Shown in pieces: positions 1 through 10,031 of a DNA stretch of 64,000 nucleotides (the first letter of the stretch is position 1; each line of letters begins with the position of its first letter). Source of the DNA: an uncultured Pseudomonadales bacterium (lineage in GTDB: Bacteria; Patescibacteriota; Microgenomatia; UBA1400; CAYNMC01); assembly GCA_964414895.1 (NCBI GenBank), contig CAYPXO010000002.1:35211-99210 (forward strand), in the 5' to 3' direction. Under the pieces are notes generated by a model. The model was not told where the DNA came from. It saw nothing but the letters and a program-made list of their open reading frames with translations, and made no database searches. Made by a program: the position numbers and the translations under genes.

Positions 1-925
1 CTGGCGGAAAATAATCATAAAGCGGTAAATATTGCAAAGCGATTAATTTCTCTCCTCTTAGCTCTGAGATTAGCTTATAGTCAAGTTTATCTAGTACTTG
101 GTTTGCTCTTTTTTTAGCCAAAATATACAAACCTCTTTTTCCAGTAATTCTAACCACTAAATAGTTCTCATTTTTTGCCACTACCAAAGCCCTGTTGGAA
201 GGCAAAGTCCAGGGGGTAGTTGTCCATGCCAATAAATAGACAGGTTGCTTAAATTTATTCAAAAAAGAAGGAGGGCTTTTCAATTTAAACTTTACGGTTA
301 TCGCCGGATCTCTCATCAGCTTATATGAATTATCCATCGCTATCTCAAAGTTGGAAACCGGCGTTCCGCAACGAGGGCAATAAAGAGAAGTCCGAACCCC
401 TTTATAAATCAAGCCTTTGTTATATAACTGCTTAAAAACCCAAATAACTGACTCCATGTAACTAATGTCCATCGTCCGGTAAGCGTTTTCCATATCTACC
501 CAACGACCAATATGGTCAATGTACCACCTCCACTGCAAAGAAACACTTTCTACATAAACCTGGCATTCTTTAATAAACTTACTGATTCCAAAATTTTCTA
601 TTTCTCGACGATTAGTCAGGCCTAGCTTTTCCTCAACTTTATTTTCAATTGGTAAGCCATGGCAATCCCATCCCCAAACTCGCCGCACTTTTTTGCCTTT
701 CATGGTAAAAAAACGAGGAATGACATCTTTAGCAATACTGCCAATAAGATGACCATAATGAGGATAGCCGGTTACAAAAGGAGGTCCATCATAAAAAGTG
801 TAAGGGTTGCTATCCGGCCGTTGCTCAATTGATTTCTCAAAAATTTTGTTTTTCTTCCAAAAAGACAAAATTTTCTCTTCCATCTTAAAAAAATCTGGTT
901 TTGCCTCAACCGGCTCAAAATTCAT
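1..925 (-). CDS. ileS: Isoleucyl-tRNA synthetase, type 2 (N-terminal part; runs off window start)
   Basis: Manual translation from ATG 925: MNFEPVEAKPDFFKMEEKILSFW...FYDGPPFVTGYPHYGH...GWDCHGLPIE; class I HIGH-type motif HYGH. Absent from the ORF track because truncated. Confidence 0.95.
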   Translation of the reverse strand, partial: MNFEPVEAKPDFFKMEEKILSFWKKNKIFEKSIEQRPDSNPYTFYDGPPFVTGYPHYGHLIGSIAKDVIPRFFTMKGKKVRRVWGWDCHGLPIENKVEEKLGLTNRREIENFGISKFIKECQVYVESVSLQWRWYIDHIGRWVDMENAYRTMDISYMESVIWVFKQLYNKGLIYKGVRTSLYCPRCGTPVSNFEIAMDNSYKLMRDPAITVKFKLKSPPSFLNKFKQPVYLLAWTTTPWTLPSNRALVVAKNENYLVVRITGKRGLYILAKKRANQVLDKLDYKLISELRGEKLIALQYLPLYDYFPP

Positions 926-965
926 AGGGGTATTATATAATTTTTTTCTTCATCCGTCGAATTCC

Positions 966-981
966 GGGACGGGGCCAGAAA
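966..981. repeat. Left inverted repeat flanking RAYT gene
   Basis: GGGACGGGGCCAGAAA; reverse complement matches 1679-1694 at 15/16 nt. Confidence 0.75.
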
Positions 982-1002
982 TTACTAATATAGCAGTAAT
1001 TA

Positions 1003-1638
1003 TTAGCTATATTTTTTTATCCTGTTTACAACAAAGGCTTTAGAACCAAAAGCCTCTCTACTACCTTTCCATGGATTTAAATCTGAAAGGTCTAAATCAA
1101 CTCCTGCATAAACAAACTCAATGTAATCTTTTAAAGAAAATTCTGATTTGCCTATTAATCTCTCTATTTTCTCCTCATTAACAATTTTTGATTCTTTTCT
1201 CCCCACAATCTCAGCAAAACTGGAGTATGGGTAGCTAACAGGATCAGTTACTAACTTTGCTTTTACAGGATTGAGGTGAATATAGCGAGAAAGCTGTAAA
1301 AAATAGCTCTCTTTTTGAACGAGAATACTTTTATAACGATCCTCAAAAATGGGCCCTCTTCTTTCATTCTTCTTATTGAAGTAAACTCCATAGCTGGTTA
1401 GAAGCCTACTCATTATTTTTGCTAATGGGGTTTTATTTATCTCTATCAAAAAATGAAAATGGTTTGGTAAAAGCACATAAGAATAAACAATAAAATCTAA
1501 CTCCCTGTTTAAATCTCCAAATTTATTTAAGAATTTCAAGTAGTCACCTGTAGAGATAAAAATTTTTTGCTTATTTAAACCACGATTGTAGATATGATAA
1601 AAACCACCTTGATAAGTCAACCTTCTAGCTCTAGGCAT
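1003..1638 (-). mobile_element. rayT: REP-associated tyrosine transposase (RAYT, Y1_Tnp HUH family)
   Basis: MPRARR start, YHIYNRG, LPNHFH (HUH), YIHLNPVKAKL, YPYSS motifs typical of RAYT/IS200-like Y1 transposases. Confidence 0.9.
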
Positions 1639-1646
1639 CTAAGAAG

Positions 1647-1675
1647 AATATAGCCTTTTTAAACTGTTATGTCAA
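1647..1675 (-). promoter_or_regulatory. Sigma70-type promoter of RAYT (probably leaderless mRNA)
   Basis: Minus strand TTGACA (1675-1670), 17-nt spacer, TATATT (1652-1647); ATG 8 nt downstream. Confidence 0.7.
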
Positions 1676-1678
1676 GCT

Positions 1679-1715
1679 TTTCTGCCCCCGTCCCAGGTGG
1701 AAGTCCCAGGTGGAA
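1679..1715. repeat. Right inverted repeat of RAYT locus plus tandem 13-mer (GTCCCAGGTGGAA)x2
   Basis: TTTCTGCCCCCGTCCC 1679-1694; exact direct repeats 1690-1702 and 1703-1715. Confidence 0.75.
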
Positions 1716-1718
1716 ATA

Positions 1719-2873
1719 TTACTTCTTGTTTCGCAAGAAGGCGGGGATATCAAACTTCGTATCCTCAGGAGAAAGTTCTTCTTCTTGCTGATCCTCTTCT
1801 GTCTGTTCTCTTTTTATCAAGCGAGGAATATCAAATTCTCCTTGGTTTAGTCTTTTCTTTTTTTCTAACTGAGGTCTTACCGGACCCACTGAAGTTAACT
1901 GTTGCAATCTTTGTTTAGTCTCATCAAAACCGGCGGCAATAACAGTTATTTTTATCTGATCAACCATTTTCTCATCAATTGTCGCCCCAAAAATAATATT
2001 AGCATCAGCCCCGGCCGCGCTAGTGATAACCTCTGCTGCTTGAGAAACCTCGTCCATCGTTAAATCGGAACCGCCAATTATATTAAAAAGAATTCCCTGA
2101 GCTCCTTCTATAGAAATTTCTAGCAAAGGAGAGGAAATAGCAGCGCGGGCGGCCATTTGAGCGCGATTTTCTCCGCTTCCTGCCCCAATTCCCATTAAAG
2201 CAGAACCAGCATCGGTCATCACCGTACGTACATCGGCAAAATCTACATTAATAAGGCCAGGAATTGTTATTAAGTCAGCAATTCCCTGAACTCCCTGGGA
2301 TAAAACCGAATCAGCAACTTTAAAGGCTTCAAGCAAACTCATCTTTTTATCAACAACGTCCAAAAGCCGCTGATTAGGAATAACAATTAATGTATCAACC
2401 TTTTCCTTTAGCCTCTCTATGCCTTCTTCTGCTACCACCATTCTTCTGGTGCCTTCAAACAAAAAAGGCTTAGTAACAACAGCAACTGTCAAAGCACCGC
2501 TTTCTTTGGCTACTTCGGCAATAATTGGAGAAGCACCTGTCCCTGTCCCTCCTCCCATTCCGCAAGTTAAAAAAACCATATCACTATCAAGCAATAAATC
2601 CTTTATCTTTTCTCTTGACTCCTCGGCCGCTTGCTGGCCAATCTCCGGGTTGGCTCCCGATCCCAATCCTTTAGTTAATTTATCTCCAATCTGCACTTTT
2701 GTCGGTGCCTGAGAAGTAAGAAGAGCTTGCGCATCAGTATTTACGGCCACAAAATCCACCCCTTTTATTTTTTCTCCGGTAACCATTGAGGTAACAGCAT
2801 TGCTACCGCCACCACCAACTCCCAAAACTTTTATCTTAGCAAAGGTGTTTAAATCAGGTTTAACTAAAGCCAT
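1719..2873 (-). CDS. ftsZ: Cell division GTPase FtsZ
   Basis: [20 protein letters not shown] tubulin signature, C-terminal DIPAFLR. Confidence 0.99.
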   Translation of the reverse strand: MALVKPDLNTFAKIKVLGVGGGGSNAVTSMVTGEKIKGVDFVAVNTDAQALLTSQAPTKVQIGDKLTKGLGSGANPEIGQQAAEESREKIKDLLLDSDMVFLTCGMGGGTGTGASPIIAEVAKESGALTVAVVTKPFLFEGTRRMVVAEEGIERLKEKVDTLIVIPNQRLLDVVDKKMSLLEAFKVADSVLSQGVQGIADLITIPGLINVDFADVRTVMTDAGSALMGIGAGSGENRAQMAARAAISSPLLEISIEGAQGILFNIIGGSDLTMDEVSQAAEVITSAAGADANIIFGATIDEKMVDQIKITVIAAGFDETKQRLQQLTSVGPVRPQLEKKKRLNQGEFDIPRLIKREQTEEDQQEEELSPEDTKFDIPAFLRNKK

Positions 2874-2902
2874 AACTTACTTATTTCTTGGGCAGGAGAA
2901 AT

Positions 2903-4192
2903 TCAGGGTAAGAAGGACTTTATAAATTCTATTGTTTTTGCCAACGAACCTCTTACAGGTATCCTTCTAAATATTTTACCAAAATTGTTAAAAGAAAAGG
3001 AAGACTCTCTTGAAATCATATTCCTAATTCCATAAAGAATCAAGCCGTGAGAAACAGCAAAGCGACAACCGGAAACTTCCTCCACTAGTCCAGAAAGTTT
3101 TGATAAAGAAGCAACCCTTACCGGTAAGGAAAGAGTGCCCTTGCAGGCGTCAGAAATACCAATAGTTTCTGCCCCTCCACCACAAAGGACAACACCTGCC
3201 GGTGTTGCTCCTCCAAATCCCGATCTTTTAAGCTCCTCTCCAATAAGAGAAAAAATCTCATTCAATCTGGGTCTTATTATTCCCATCACCAAAGTTTTAT
3301 AAGAAATTTTCCCTGTTTTCTCATTTATTCCTAGCTTCTGAGGGTCAATTTCATCTTTTTTCTTTTCACTTAAATCCAAAATTTCCTCTTTTTTTCTACT
3401 AGAGAGAGCAATTTTTATTTTTTCTGCTGTTTCCAGACTAACCCGCAAACCAATAGCTATATCATTGGTAATATTTTTCGCTCCAACCGGCAAAACAGAA
3501 GAATAAGCTAAAGAGTTATTCGTAAAAATAGCAATACTCGTTGTCCCCCCGCCAATGTCCACCAAACAAACACCTAATTCTTTCTCTGTTTCTGTTAAAC
3601 AAGCCTCGGCAGCCGCTAAACCGGAAAAAACCAACCCATTTATCTCCACCCCTACTTCATTAATGCACTTGGCCAAATTTCTCATTGCCGTTGATGAACC
3701 GCTTACAATATGAGCTTCTGCCTCCAGTCTAACACCGGTCATCCCCAAAGGATCTTTTATTCCTTCCTGGGAATCAAGCTTAAACTCCCGAGGAATAACA
3801 TGAACAACTTCTCTAGAAGAAGGCAAAGAAATTGCTTGAGCCGCCTCTATGACTCGGTTAACATCATTGGAAGTAATTTCCTCTTCTGGATTGGCAACGG
3901 CTACTACCCCTTTTGAGTTCTGCGAATGTACATGAGTTCCTCCAACAGAAATAAAGGCACTGGATAAAGAACAACCAGCCATCCTTTCAGTTGCCTCTAC
4001 ACAAGCCGCTATTGCTTCTATCGCCTCCTCTATATCAACTACTTGACTCTTTTTTAGCCCTTTACTTTCAAGGGAAGAAGCCCCAATAACACTAACCTTG
4101 TCTGACTCCTCAGATAAAGAAGCAATAATCGTAGCAATTTTACAACTCCCTATATCAATACCGGCTATTATTTTTGATTTATTCATTGTCAT
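2903..4192 (-). CDS. ftsA: Cell division protein FtsA
   Basis: GIDIGSCK, VDIGGGTT, VLCGGGA actin-fold motifs; adjacent to ftsZ. Confidence 0.97.
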   Translation of the reverse strand: MTMNKSKIIAGIDIGSCKIATIIASLSEESDKVSVIGASSLESKGLKKSQVVDIEEAIEAIAACVEATERMAGCSLSSAFISVGGTHVHSQNSKGVVAVANPEEEITSNDVNRVIEAAQAISLPSSREVVHVIPREFKLDSQEGIKDPLGMTGVRLEAEAHIVSGSSTAMRNLAKCINEVGVEINGLVFSGLAAAEACLTETEKELGVCLVDIGGGTTSIAIFTNNSLAYSSVLPVGAKNITNDIAIGLRVSLETAEKIKIALSSRKKEEILDLSEKKKDEIDPQKLGINEKTGKISYKTLVMGIIRPRLNEIFSLIGEELKRSGFGGATPAGVVLCGGGAETIGISDACKGTLSLPVRVASLSKLSGLVEEVSGCRFAVSHGLILYGIRNMISRESSFSFNNFGKIFRRIPVRGSLAKTIEFIKSFLP

Positions 4193-4946
4193 CAGTTGTT
4201 ATCACTGGTTTATCAAAACGTAAGTCAATCTTTAATTTTCCCGTATGTTCGTTTATTTTACTGCTTTGCAATAATAATTGTAAAGAGCCTGCCTGAATAA
4301 AAAAATCCTCGGAGGAAGAAAAAACAGCCCTAAAGCCGGAAAAATGAACAACAAAATTGTCTTTCTCAACAACTACTTTCTCAAAAGGCAAAAAGAAACT
4401 CTCTAAGGCTTTTACCAATTCTAAAGACTTCGCTGTCTGTCCTTGAACTTGTGTCCCCAAAGAAATTCCTTGGTTTTTGTCAACTTCGACAACAGGCAAA
4501 ACCGAATTTTCTCTTTTGTCCAAAGAAAAAACAAAACCTTCCTCGTCAAGCAAAAAGTAATCTTTGCCACTTGATAAAACCACTAAAGGTTCTCTTTTTT
4601 CAAGTCTAACAATCAAGCAATTGGGAAACTTTTTCTTCAGAGTAATCTTTTTTAAAGAAATATCTTTAAACCTAATTTCATTTAAAATCTCTTCTTTTTT
4701 AATAAAAAAAATATTTCGCCCTAAAACAAAATTGAACAATTCTTTTTCTTTGTCTGAACAAGAAAAACCTTCGTTTTTACAATCAATAACAGATATCTCA
4801 AACAAACCCGATTGCCAAAAAAAAATTAAGACCAAAACAAAAAGGAGAGCTAAAAAAATCTTAATCAAAACAGAAAAATGTAAAATAAAATATTTTCCAG
4901 GAGGCGGTTTAAAAAGTCTTTTCTTAATTTCTCTTCTTTTTTTCAT
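4179..4946 (-). CDS. ftsQ: FtsQ/DivIB-like protein
   Basis: Single N-terminal TM, POTRA-like KKKFPNCLIVRLEKREP, C-terminal IDLRFDKPVI; position between murG and ftsA. Confidence 0.75.
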   Translation of the reverse strand: MKKRREIKKRLFKPPPGKYFILHFSVLIKIFLALLFVLVLIFFWQSGLFEISVIDCKNEGFSCSDKEKELFNFVLGRNIFFIKKEEILNEIRFKDISLKKITLKKKFPNCLIVRLEKREPLVVLSSGKDYFLLDEEGFVFSLDKRENSVLPVVEVDKNQGISLGTQVQGQTAKSLELVKALESFFLPFEKVVVEKDNFVVHFSGFRAVFSSSEDFFIQAGSLQLLLQSSKINEHTGKLKIDLRFDKPVITTDDNE

Positions 4947-6030
4947 AACTAAATTTTTCTATCTCTTCAACTATTTTATCAGTGGCATCTTTTCTTATCT
5001 TTGCAGTTAAAAATTGAGCGTTTTTTTTGTAAAAATTAAAGTTTTTCTCAACTTCTCTTATTGCTTTCAGCAAACTCTCTTTATTTAACTCTTCCTGGAG
5101 GATAATTTTTCCAGCCCTATGTTTTGTAAATAATCGAGCATTTCTCTCCTGCTCCTGAGCAAAAGCAAAAGGAAGAGGAATAAAAATTGCCGGTTTTCCT
5201 TTCAAAGCTAGTTCATAAACGATATGAGCGCCAGCCCGGCCGACAAAAAAGTGAGCCGTTGCCAAGTTTTCTCCCATTTCCTGATCGGAAAAAAATTTTT
5301 TCAAAATATATCTCTTTTTCAAAGAGAGAAAGTTCCTTTTTTTGGATAAACGGCTAAAATCCTCCGCTTCTAAAATGCTGCCACACTGATGGATCAAATT
5401 AAAATTCTGCAAGACCTCTTCCAAAATTTCTTCTATACAAGAATTAATCACATGGCTGCCTTGCTTGCCGCCAGCTACTAAAATAGTCGGTAATTTTTCG
5501 GGAAAAAGCTTAGTCTTACGACTAAAAACTATTTCTTTTCTCACAGGCAAACCAACAAAAACCGATTTTCGAAAAGGAAAAAACTTTCTTGAGGACGACC
5601 AAGTAAGAAAAACCTTTTTAACAAAAAATTTCAAAAAACGATTGGCCAAACCGGCAGTCCGTGTCTGTTCATGAGTAAAACTGGGAATACCTAAAAACCA
5701 AGCGCTTAAAACAACAGGGACGGCTAAATAGCCTCCAAAAGAAAAAACCAAATCCGGCTTAAGATGGAAAAGATAAGCCCAAGCTCTAAAAAAACCAAAA
5801 AAGACCCTCCACCAATCTTTAAAATTTTTATGGAACTTTCCTGCTCTTAAATTAAAAAAAGCAAAACCACTTGCTTTTACCTGTTTATATTCTTGTCCTT
5901 CTGTTTTTTCCGGCCAACGAGGATAACGTGTTCCTATCCAAAAAACCTGATAGCCTTTTTGCCGCAAGGCTTTTGCTAGAACAAGGGCAGAAATATGATG
6001 CCCGCCGGTAATAACTATTCTTCTTTTCAT
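4924..6030 (-). CDS. murG: Lipid I N-acetylglucosaminyltransferase MurG
   Basis: TGGHH, FSFGGYLAVP, HEQT, GGKQGS, GRAGA, EQERNA; start taken at ATG 6030. Confidence 0.93.
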   Translation of the reverse strand: MKRRIVITGGHHISALVLAKALRQKGYQVFWIGTRYPRWPEKTEGQEYKQVKASGFAFFNLRAGKFHKNFKDWWRVFFGFFRAWAYLFHLKPDLVFSFGGYLAVPVVLSAWFLGIPSFTHEQTRTAGLANRFLKFFVKKVFLTWSSSRKFFPFRKSVFVGLPVRKEIVFSRKTKLFPEKLPTILVAGGKQGSHVINSCIEEILEEVLQNFNLIHQCGSILEAEDFSRLSKKRNFLSLKKRYILKKFFSDQEMGENLATAHFFVGRAGAHIVYELALKGKPAIFIPLPFAFAQEQERNARLFTKHRAGKIILQEELNKESLLKAIREVEKNFNFYKKNAQFLTAKIRKDATDKIVEEIEKFSYEKKKRN

Positions 6031-6037
6031 TCGTTTC

Positions 6038-7132
6038 TTAACTTTGCCTGGCAATATTAATTAGTATACCAACCGCTACCATCGCTACAACCAATGAAGA
6101 ACCTCCGTAAGAAATAAAGGGCAAAGGAATACCAGTAAGAGGCAAAAGAGAAACCATCGCCGAAAAATTAACAAAAGCTTGCAATCCCAGCCAAGTTGTT
6201 AAACTGCAAGCCAAAAGTTGCCCGAAGCGGTCTTTTGCCTGCCTAACAACTTTGAATCCCAAAAAAATCAATAAAAGATAAAAAAGAACTAAAAAGCTTG
6301 CGCCTAAAAAACCAACCTCCTCGGCAATAACGGCAAAAATAGAATCGGTAGTCGCCTCTGGCAAATATTGATATTTTTGCCGCGACTGTCCCAACCCTAA
6401 ACCCCAAAAACCCCCAGAGCCAAGAGCAATTAAAATCTGCTGCATATGATAAGATTTTCCCAGGGGATCCAAAGAGGGATCTAAAAAAGTCAAAATCCTA
6501 TTGCGTCGATACTCCGAGGAAAAAATCAAACCTAAACCTAGCAAAAGAGCAAAGAAGGAAAAGAAAAGTAATTTTTTAATTGGCGCCCCGGAAACAAAAT
6601 AAACAAAAAAAGCACTAGCAACAATGACCACTCCTGTTCCCAAATCCGGCTGAAGAATAAGCAAAAATAGTAAAACAAAAATTACTATTAAGAAAGGTAA
6701 AATCGGCCGCTTTTCTTCAAGCCAGGCCGCTAGATAAAGACTTAGGCAGAGCTTTAAAAGTTCCGAAGGCTGAAAACCAAGAAACTCCCTTCCTCCAAAG
6801 AAGTTTCCAAAACTAATCCATCGCCTAGCACCGGAAATCCTCACTCCGACCCCAGGGATTAAAACAATAAGTAAAAGAAAAAAATTAAAAACAAGTAAAG
6901 GTAGGGCAGCTATTTTTAATCTTTTATAATCAAAAAAAGAAGCTAAACTTAAGCCAAGAAATCCCACTCCTCCCCAAATTGCTTGATTGCGTAAAAAGTG
7001 ATATTTATTCCCAAAAATCCTATAGGATTCAAAACTGGAGGCATTATAAATCATTAAAAAACCCAAAAGAACCAAGCTTGCGACAAGAGATAAAAGGAAA
7101 AAGGGAAGATTTTTTTTGGTTTTTGCTTTCAT
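6038..7132 (-). CDS. ftsW: SEDS peptidoglycan polymerase FtsW
   Basis: GARRWI, FQPSE, LQPDLGT, YLPEATTDSIF, LPFISYGGSS; start taken at ATG 7132. Confidence 0.95.
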   Translation of the reverse strand: MKAKTKKNLPFFLLSLVASLVLLGFLMIYNASSFESYRIFGNKYHFLRNQAIWGGVGFLGLSLASFFDYKRLKIAALPLLVFNFFLLLIVLIPGVGVRISGARRWISFGNFFGGREFLGFQPSELLKLCLSLYLAAWLEEKRPILPFLIVIFVLLFLLILQPDLGTGVVIVASAFFVYFVSGAPIKKLLFFSFFALLLGLGLIFSSEYRRNRILTFLDPSLDPLGKSYHMQQILIALGSGGFWGLGLGQSRQKYQYLPEATTDSIFAVIAEEVGFLGASFLVLFYLLLIFLGFKVVRQAKDRFGQLLACSLTTWLGLQAFVNFSAMVSLLPLTGIPLPFISYGGSSLVVAMVAVGILINIARQS

Positions 7133-7140
7133 TTTTAAGA

Positions 7141-8172
7141 TTAAATAATCGCCAACCAAATACCAAAAATGGCCAGCATAATTCCTGCCAGCCAAGTACG
7201 ACTGACAATTTTTGGCTCTTCCCAGCCAAGCAGTTGCAGCCACAAATGTAGAGGAGCTACCGGAAAGACCTTTTTCTTTCTAAACTTTTTAGACAAAAGT
7301 TGTATTAAGCTTGAAGCAACCTCAGCCACAAAAATACCACCAATTACCATTAAAGCCATCACCTTGCCTAGCAATAAAGCAACTACTGCTAGAGTAGCGC
7401 CAAAAGACAAAGAACCAACATCACCAAGCCAAACCCTAGCAGGATAAATATTAAAATAAAGAAAAGAAATCAAAGCACCCAGCCAAAGAGCCAAAAAAAT
7501 AGACAAAGGAGTGTCTAAAATCGCTGCCGATAAAAACCAAAAAACAAAAAGACAAATCATTAAAAGGCCCGAAGCCAAACCATCAAGTCCGTCAGTAATA
7601 TTAACCGCATTGGCAAAAGAAACTATCGTTAAAGCTGACAAAGGAACAAAAAACCAGCCCAGTTTTAACACCCCGTAAAAAGGAATATAAAAAATGTCAA
7701 TCTTTAAGTTTACATACAAAAGAATGCCAATAATCAAAGCCAAAATCCACTGGATTAAAAATTTATGCCTCAATCGCAACCCAAAAAAACCGGTTTGTGA
7801 AAAGCGAAAAAACTTCATTAAATCATCATAAAAACCAAGTAAAGCAAAAGAAACAAAGGTAAAAAAGATTATATTTACTTCTTCTTTAACAGAATAAATA
7901 TGAGTAGCTTCTACACCCAAAAAACTAAGAAGAGGGACCAAAAGGAAAAAGAGAATTCCTGTAGTAAAAATTATCAACAAGCCACCACCAACCGGCGTCC
8001 CTGCTTTGCCTTTGTGAAAACGGTCAAAAATAGGGGTTTTTTTTCCAAAAGCGTCTTTTGTTTTTTGCTGTTGTCTTAAAAATTTAAGCTTATACAAAAA
8101 ATCAATAAAAGGGACAATTAAAATACTGTTTACAATAAAAGAAAAAATAAGCAAACCTAATAGTAAAGCCAT
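7141..8172 (-). CDS. mraY: Phospho-MurNAc-pentapeptide transferase MraY
   Basis: KAGTPVGGG, GFYDD, NAVNITDGLDGL, LGDVGS, APLH; the upstream in-frame ATG 8196 lies inside a REP element. Confidence 0.95.
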   Translation of the reverse strand: MALLLGLLIFSFIVNSILIVPFIDFLYKLKFLRQQQKTKDAFGKKTPIFDRFHKGKAGTPVGGGLLIIFTTGILFFLLVPLLSFLGVEATHIYSVKEEVNIIFFTFVSFALLGFYDDLMKFFRFSQTGFFGLRLRHKFLIQWILALIIGILLYVNLKIDIFYIPFYGVLKLGWFFVPLSALTIVSFANAVNITDGLDGLASGLLMICLFVFWFLSAAILDTPLSIFLALWLGALISFLYFNIYPARVWLGDVGSLSFGATLAVVALLLGKVMALMVIGGIFVAEVASSLIQLLSKKFRKKKVFPVAPLHLWLQLLGWEEPKIVSRTWLAGIMLAIFGIWLAII

Positions 8173-8191
8173 TGGGTTTTTCAAATCATCT

Positions 8192-8293
8192 GTCATTCAT
8201 GGCTTACACCAGGAATCTATACGGATAAATCTATCTTTATAGATCCTGAATCCCCAGCACCATTCGGTGCGGGGCAGGCAAGTTCAGAATGAC
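8192..8293. repeat. Family-A (GTCAT...ATGAC) REPIN with nested family-C hairpin (8252-8275)
   Basis: GTCATTCATGG..CCAGGAATCTATA ... TATAGATCCTGAATC[CCCAGCACCATTCGGTGCGGGGCAGG]CAAGTTCAGAATGAC; right arm matches 54825-54853 once the insert is removed. Confidence 0.85.
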
Positions 8294-8343
8294 AAGGTAG
8301 TAACAAAATTCTAAATTGCCTTACCTACAGCTTAACTGCTATC

Positions 8344-8721
8344 TTACAGATTGTCTACTAAATGCGGAATGACAATCAACACTCCAACTAAGGCAGCGAA
8401 ACAAGCCAATAAAAAAACCGCTCCTGCTGCCATATTCCTTATTTGTCTTGTTTCCTTATATTCCAATTTTAATTTTTCATTTAAAAGATTGCAAATAGCC
8501 TCAATGGCAGAATTCAAAATTTCCGCTGACAAAACAAGAGCTATTAAAACAAAAACAATAAACCATTCAAAAACCTCAAAGCCCAAAATAAAACCGACCA
8601 AAATAATCCCTAAGGCAAAGCCAAGTTCTATTTTTAAATTTCTTTCTTTCTTAAATGCCTGGCAGATGCCTTCTATGGCAAAACTGAATGATTGCAGCAA
8701 ATTATATCTTTTATTTTTCAT
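8344..8721 (-). CDS. dgkA: Diacylglycerol/undecaprenol kinase (DgkA family)
   Basis: SFSFAIEGI, ERNLKIE, EILNSAIEA, MAAGAV; three TM segments. Confidence 0.85.
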   Translation of the reverse strand: MKNKRYNLLQSFSFAIEGICQAFKKERNLKIELGFALGIILVGFILGFEVFEWFIVFVLIALVLSAEILNSAIEAICNLLNEKLKLEYKETRQIRNMAAGAVFLLACFAALVGVLIVIPHLVDNL

Positions 8722-8739
8722 TTTCAGAGACGCTTATAT

Positions 8740-9762
8740 TCAAAGCCTGCGCCACATCCTTCGTCCTGTCTCAAACAAAAAAACCGGCCAATAATTCCAT
8801 TTTAACGGCAAATCCTGCGCCGGTAAATAGGAAAAAGCCTGCCCCCCAAAACCCTTTTTAAAAAGAGTCACTCCGTAAAAACGATGTTTACGATCTTCTT
8901 TTAAGGTAATTCCCCAAAAATCATAAATAGCACAACCTCTCTTTTTTGCCTCTTTAATTGCTTCCCACTGAATTAAATAAGAAGCAGGAACTTTAGAGAA
9001 AGCCGATGAGGAAGCCGAGTAATGATAAACCGCCCTTTTTCCATAAAAAACAATCATTGCAATAGATAAAACTTTCCCTTTATAAATCGCTTTGAAAATT
9101 TTTATCTGGTCATCAGCGACAAAGGCTTTAAAATGGGCCTGAAGAAAATCAAAAGGAAAGGGGATAAAATTGTGTCTTTTGGCAGTCTCTTTTTGCAGTT
9201 TATACAAAATTTCCACATCTGTCTCTTTAACACTCTTAACTACTTTAACTTTTTCTTTGATTGCTTTCCTTATACAATACCTCGTTGTCTTGCGCATTTG
9301 ACTAAGCAAAGTCTTCTCATCCTTGGTAATATCTAAAATCCAAGTGTCTTGAGCATGAAGATGCATTGGTGCCGGCAAAAAGCCGGCTTTTTTAAACCTT
9401 CCTTTATTAGTTCTATCTCTAACAATCTGCGGTCTTACTCGAACAAAAAGACAGCCCTCTCTCTTTCCTGTTTCTTTTAAAAGCTGGACAAACTTTTCAA
9501 AACAGCTAGGCTCCTGCCAATTAATAATCGGCCCGCCCGGAGACTCTAAATAATTGCCTCTTTTTGCCTCCTGTTTTACCAAAAGAGCAACGCCCTGCAA
9601 ACTACTCCCTCTGTAAAAACCAAAGCGAAAAACTTTACGGCCCAAAAGCCGATGAGTTTCCCCCCAATTCCAAGACTGCAAAAAATTGCCCTGCTCTTTT
9701 TGCCCTAGAACAAAATCCTCCCAAAGCTTCTTATTTGTAATTTCTTCCGTCTGCAAATCCAT
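8740..9762 (-). CDS. FemAB/FemX-family aminoacyl-tRNA-dependent peptidyltransferase
   Basis: NFLQSWNWG, MRKTTRYCIRKA, IQWEAIKEAK, YDFWGI, GVTLFKKGFGG. Confidence 0.9.
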   Translation of the reverse strand: MDLQTEEITNKKLWEDFVLGQKEQGNFLQSWNWGETHRLLGRKVFRFGFYRGSSLQGVALLVKQEAKRGNYLESPGGPIINWQEPSCFEKFVQLLKETGKREGCLFVRVRPQIVRDRTNKGRFKKAGFLPAPMHLHAQDTWILDITKDEKTLLSQMRKTTRYCIRKAIKEKVKVVKSVKETDVEILYKLQKETAKRHNFIPFPFDFLQAHFKAFVADDQIKIFKAIYKGKVLSIAMIVFYGKRAVYHYSASSSAFSKVPASYLIQWEAIKEAKKRGCAIYDFWGITLKEDRKHRFYGVTLFKKGFGGQAFSYLPAQDLPLKWNYWPVFLFETGRRMWRRL

Positions 9763-9833
9763 ATTTCAAAATTTCAAAAATCTAGAAATTCCTTCATATT
9801 AACTTAAATTACGAAATACTATATCTGTTATTC

Positions 9834-9954
9834 TTCGAGCGGATCCCGAGCCTGCCTGCCGGCAGGCAGGTCTGTCAAGGGAGTAGTCGAGAAGTCTTCT
9901 CTAGTAGGGTTCTCGACTTTGCCCCGCACCGTCTGGTGCAGGGCTTCGCTCGAA
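9834..9954. repeat. Family-B (TTCGAGC...GCTCGAA) element with nested family-D (9851-9870) and family-C (9921-9944) palindromes
   Basis: Terminal IR TTCGAGCG/CGCTCGAA, inner GTCGAGAA/TTCTCGAC; inserts CCTGCCTGCCGGCAGGCAGG and GCCCCGCACCGTCTGGTGCAGGGC. Confidence 0.85.
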
Positions 9955-10031
9955 CAATAAAAACTAACAAGCTAACAATTTCGTAACTCACACTAGCATA
10001 AACAAACAAGCAGCTACAACCAGTTGACCAT

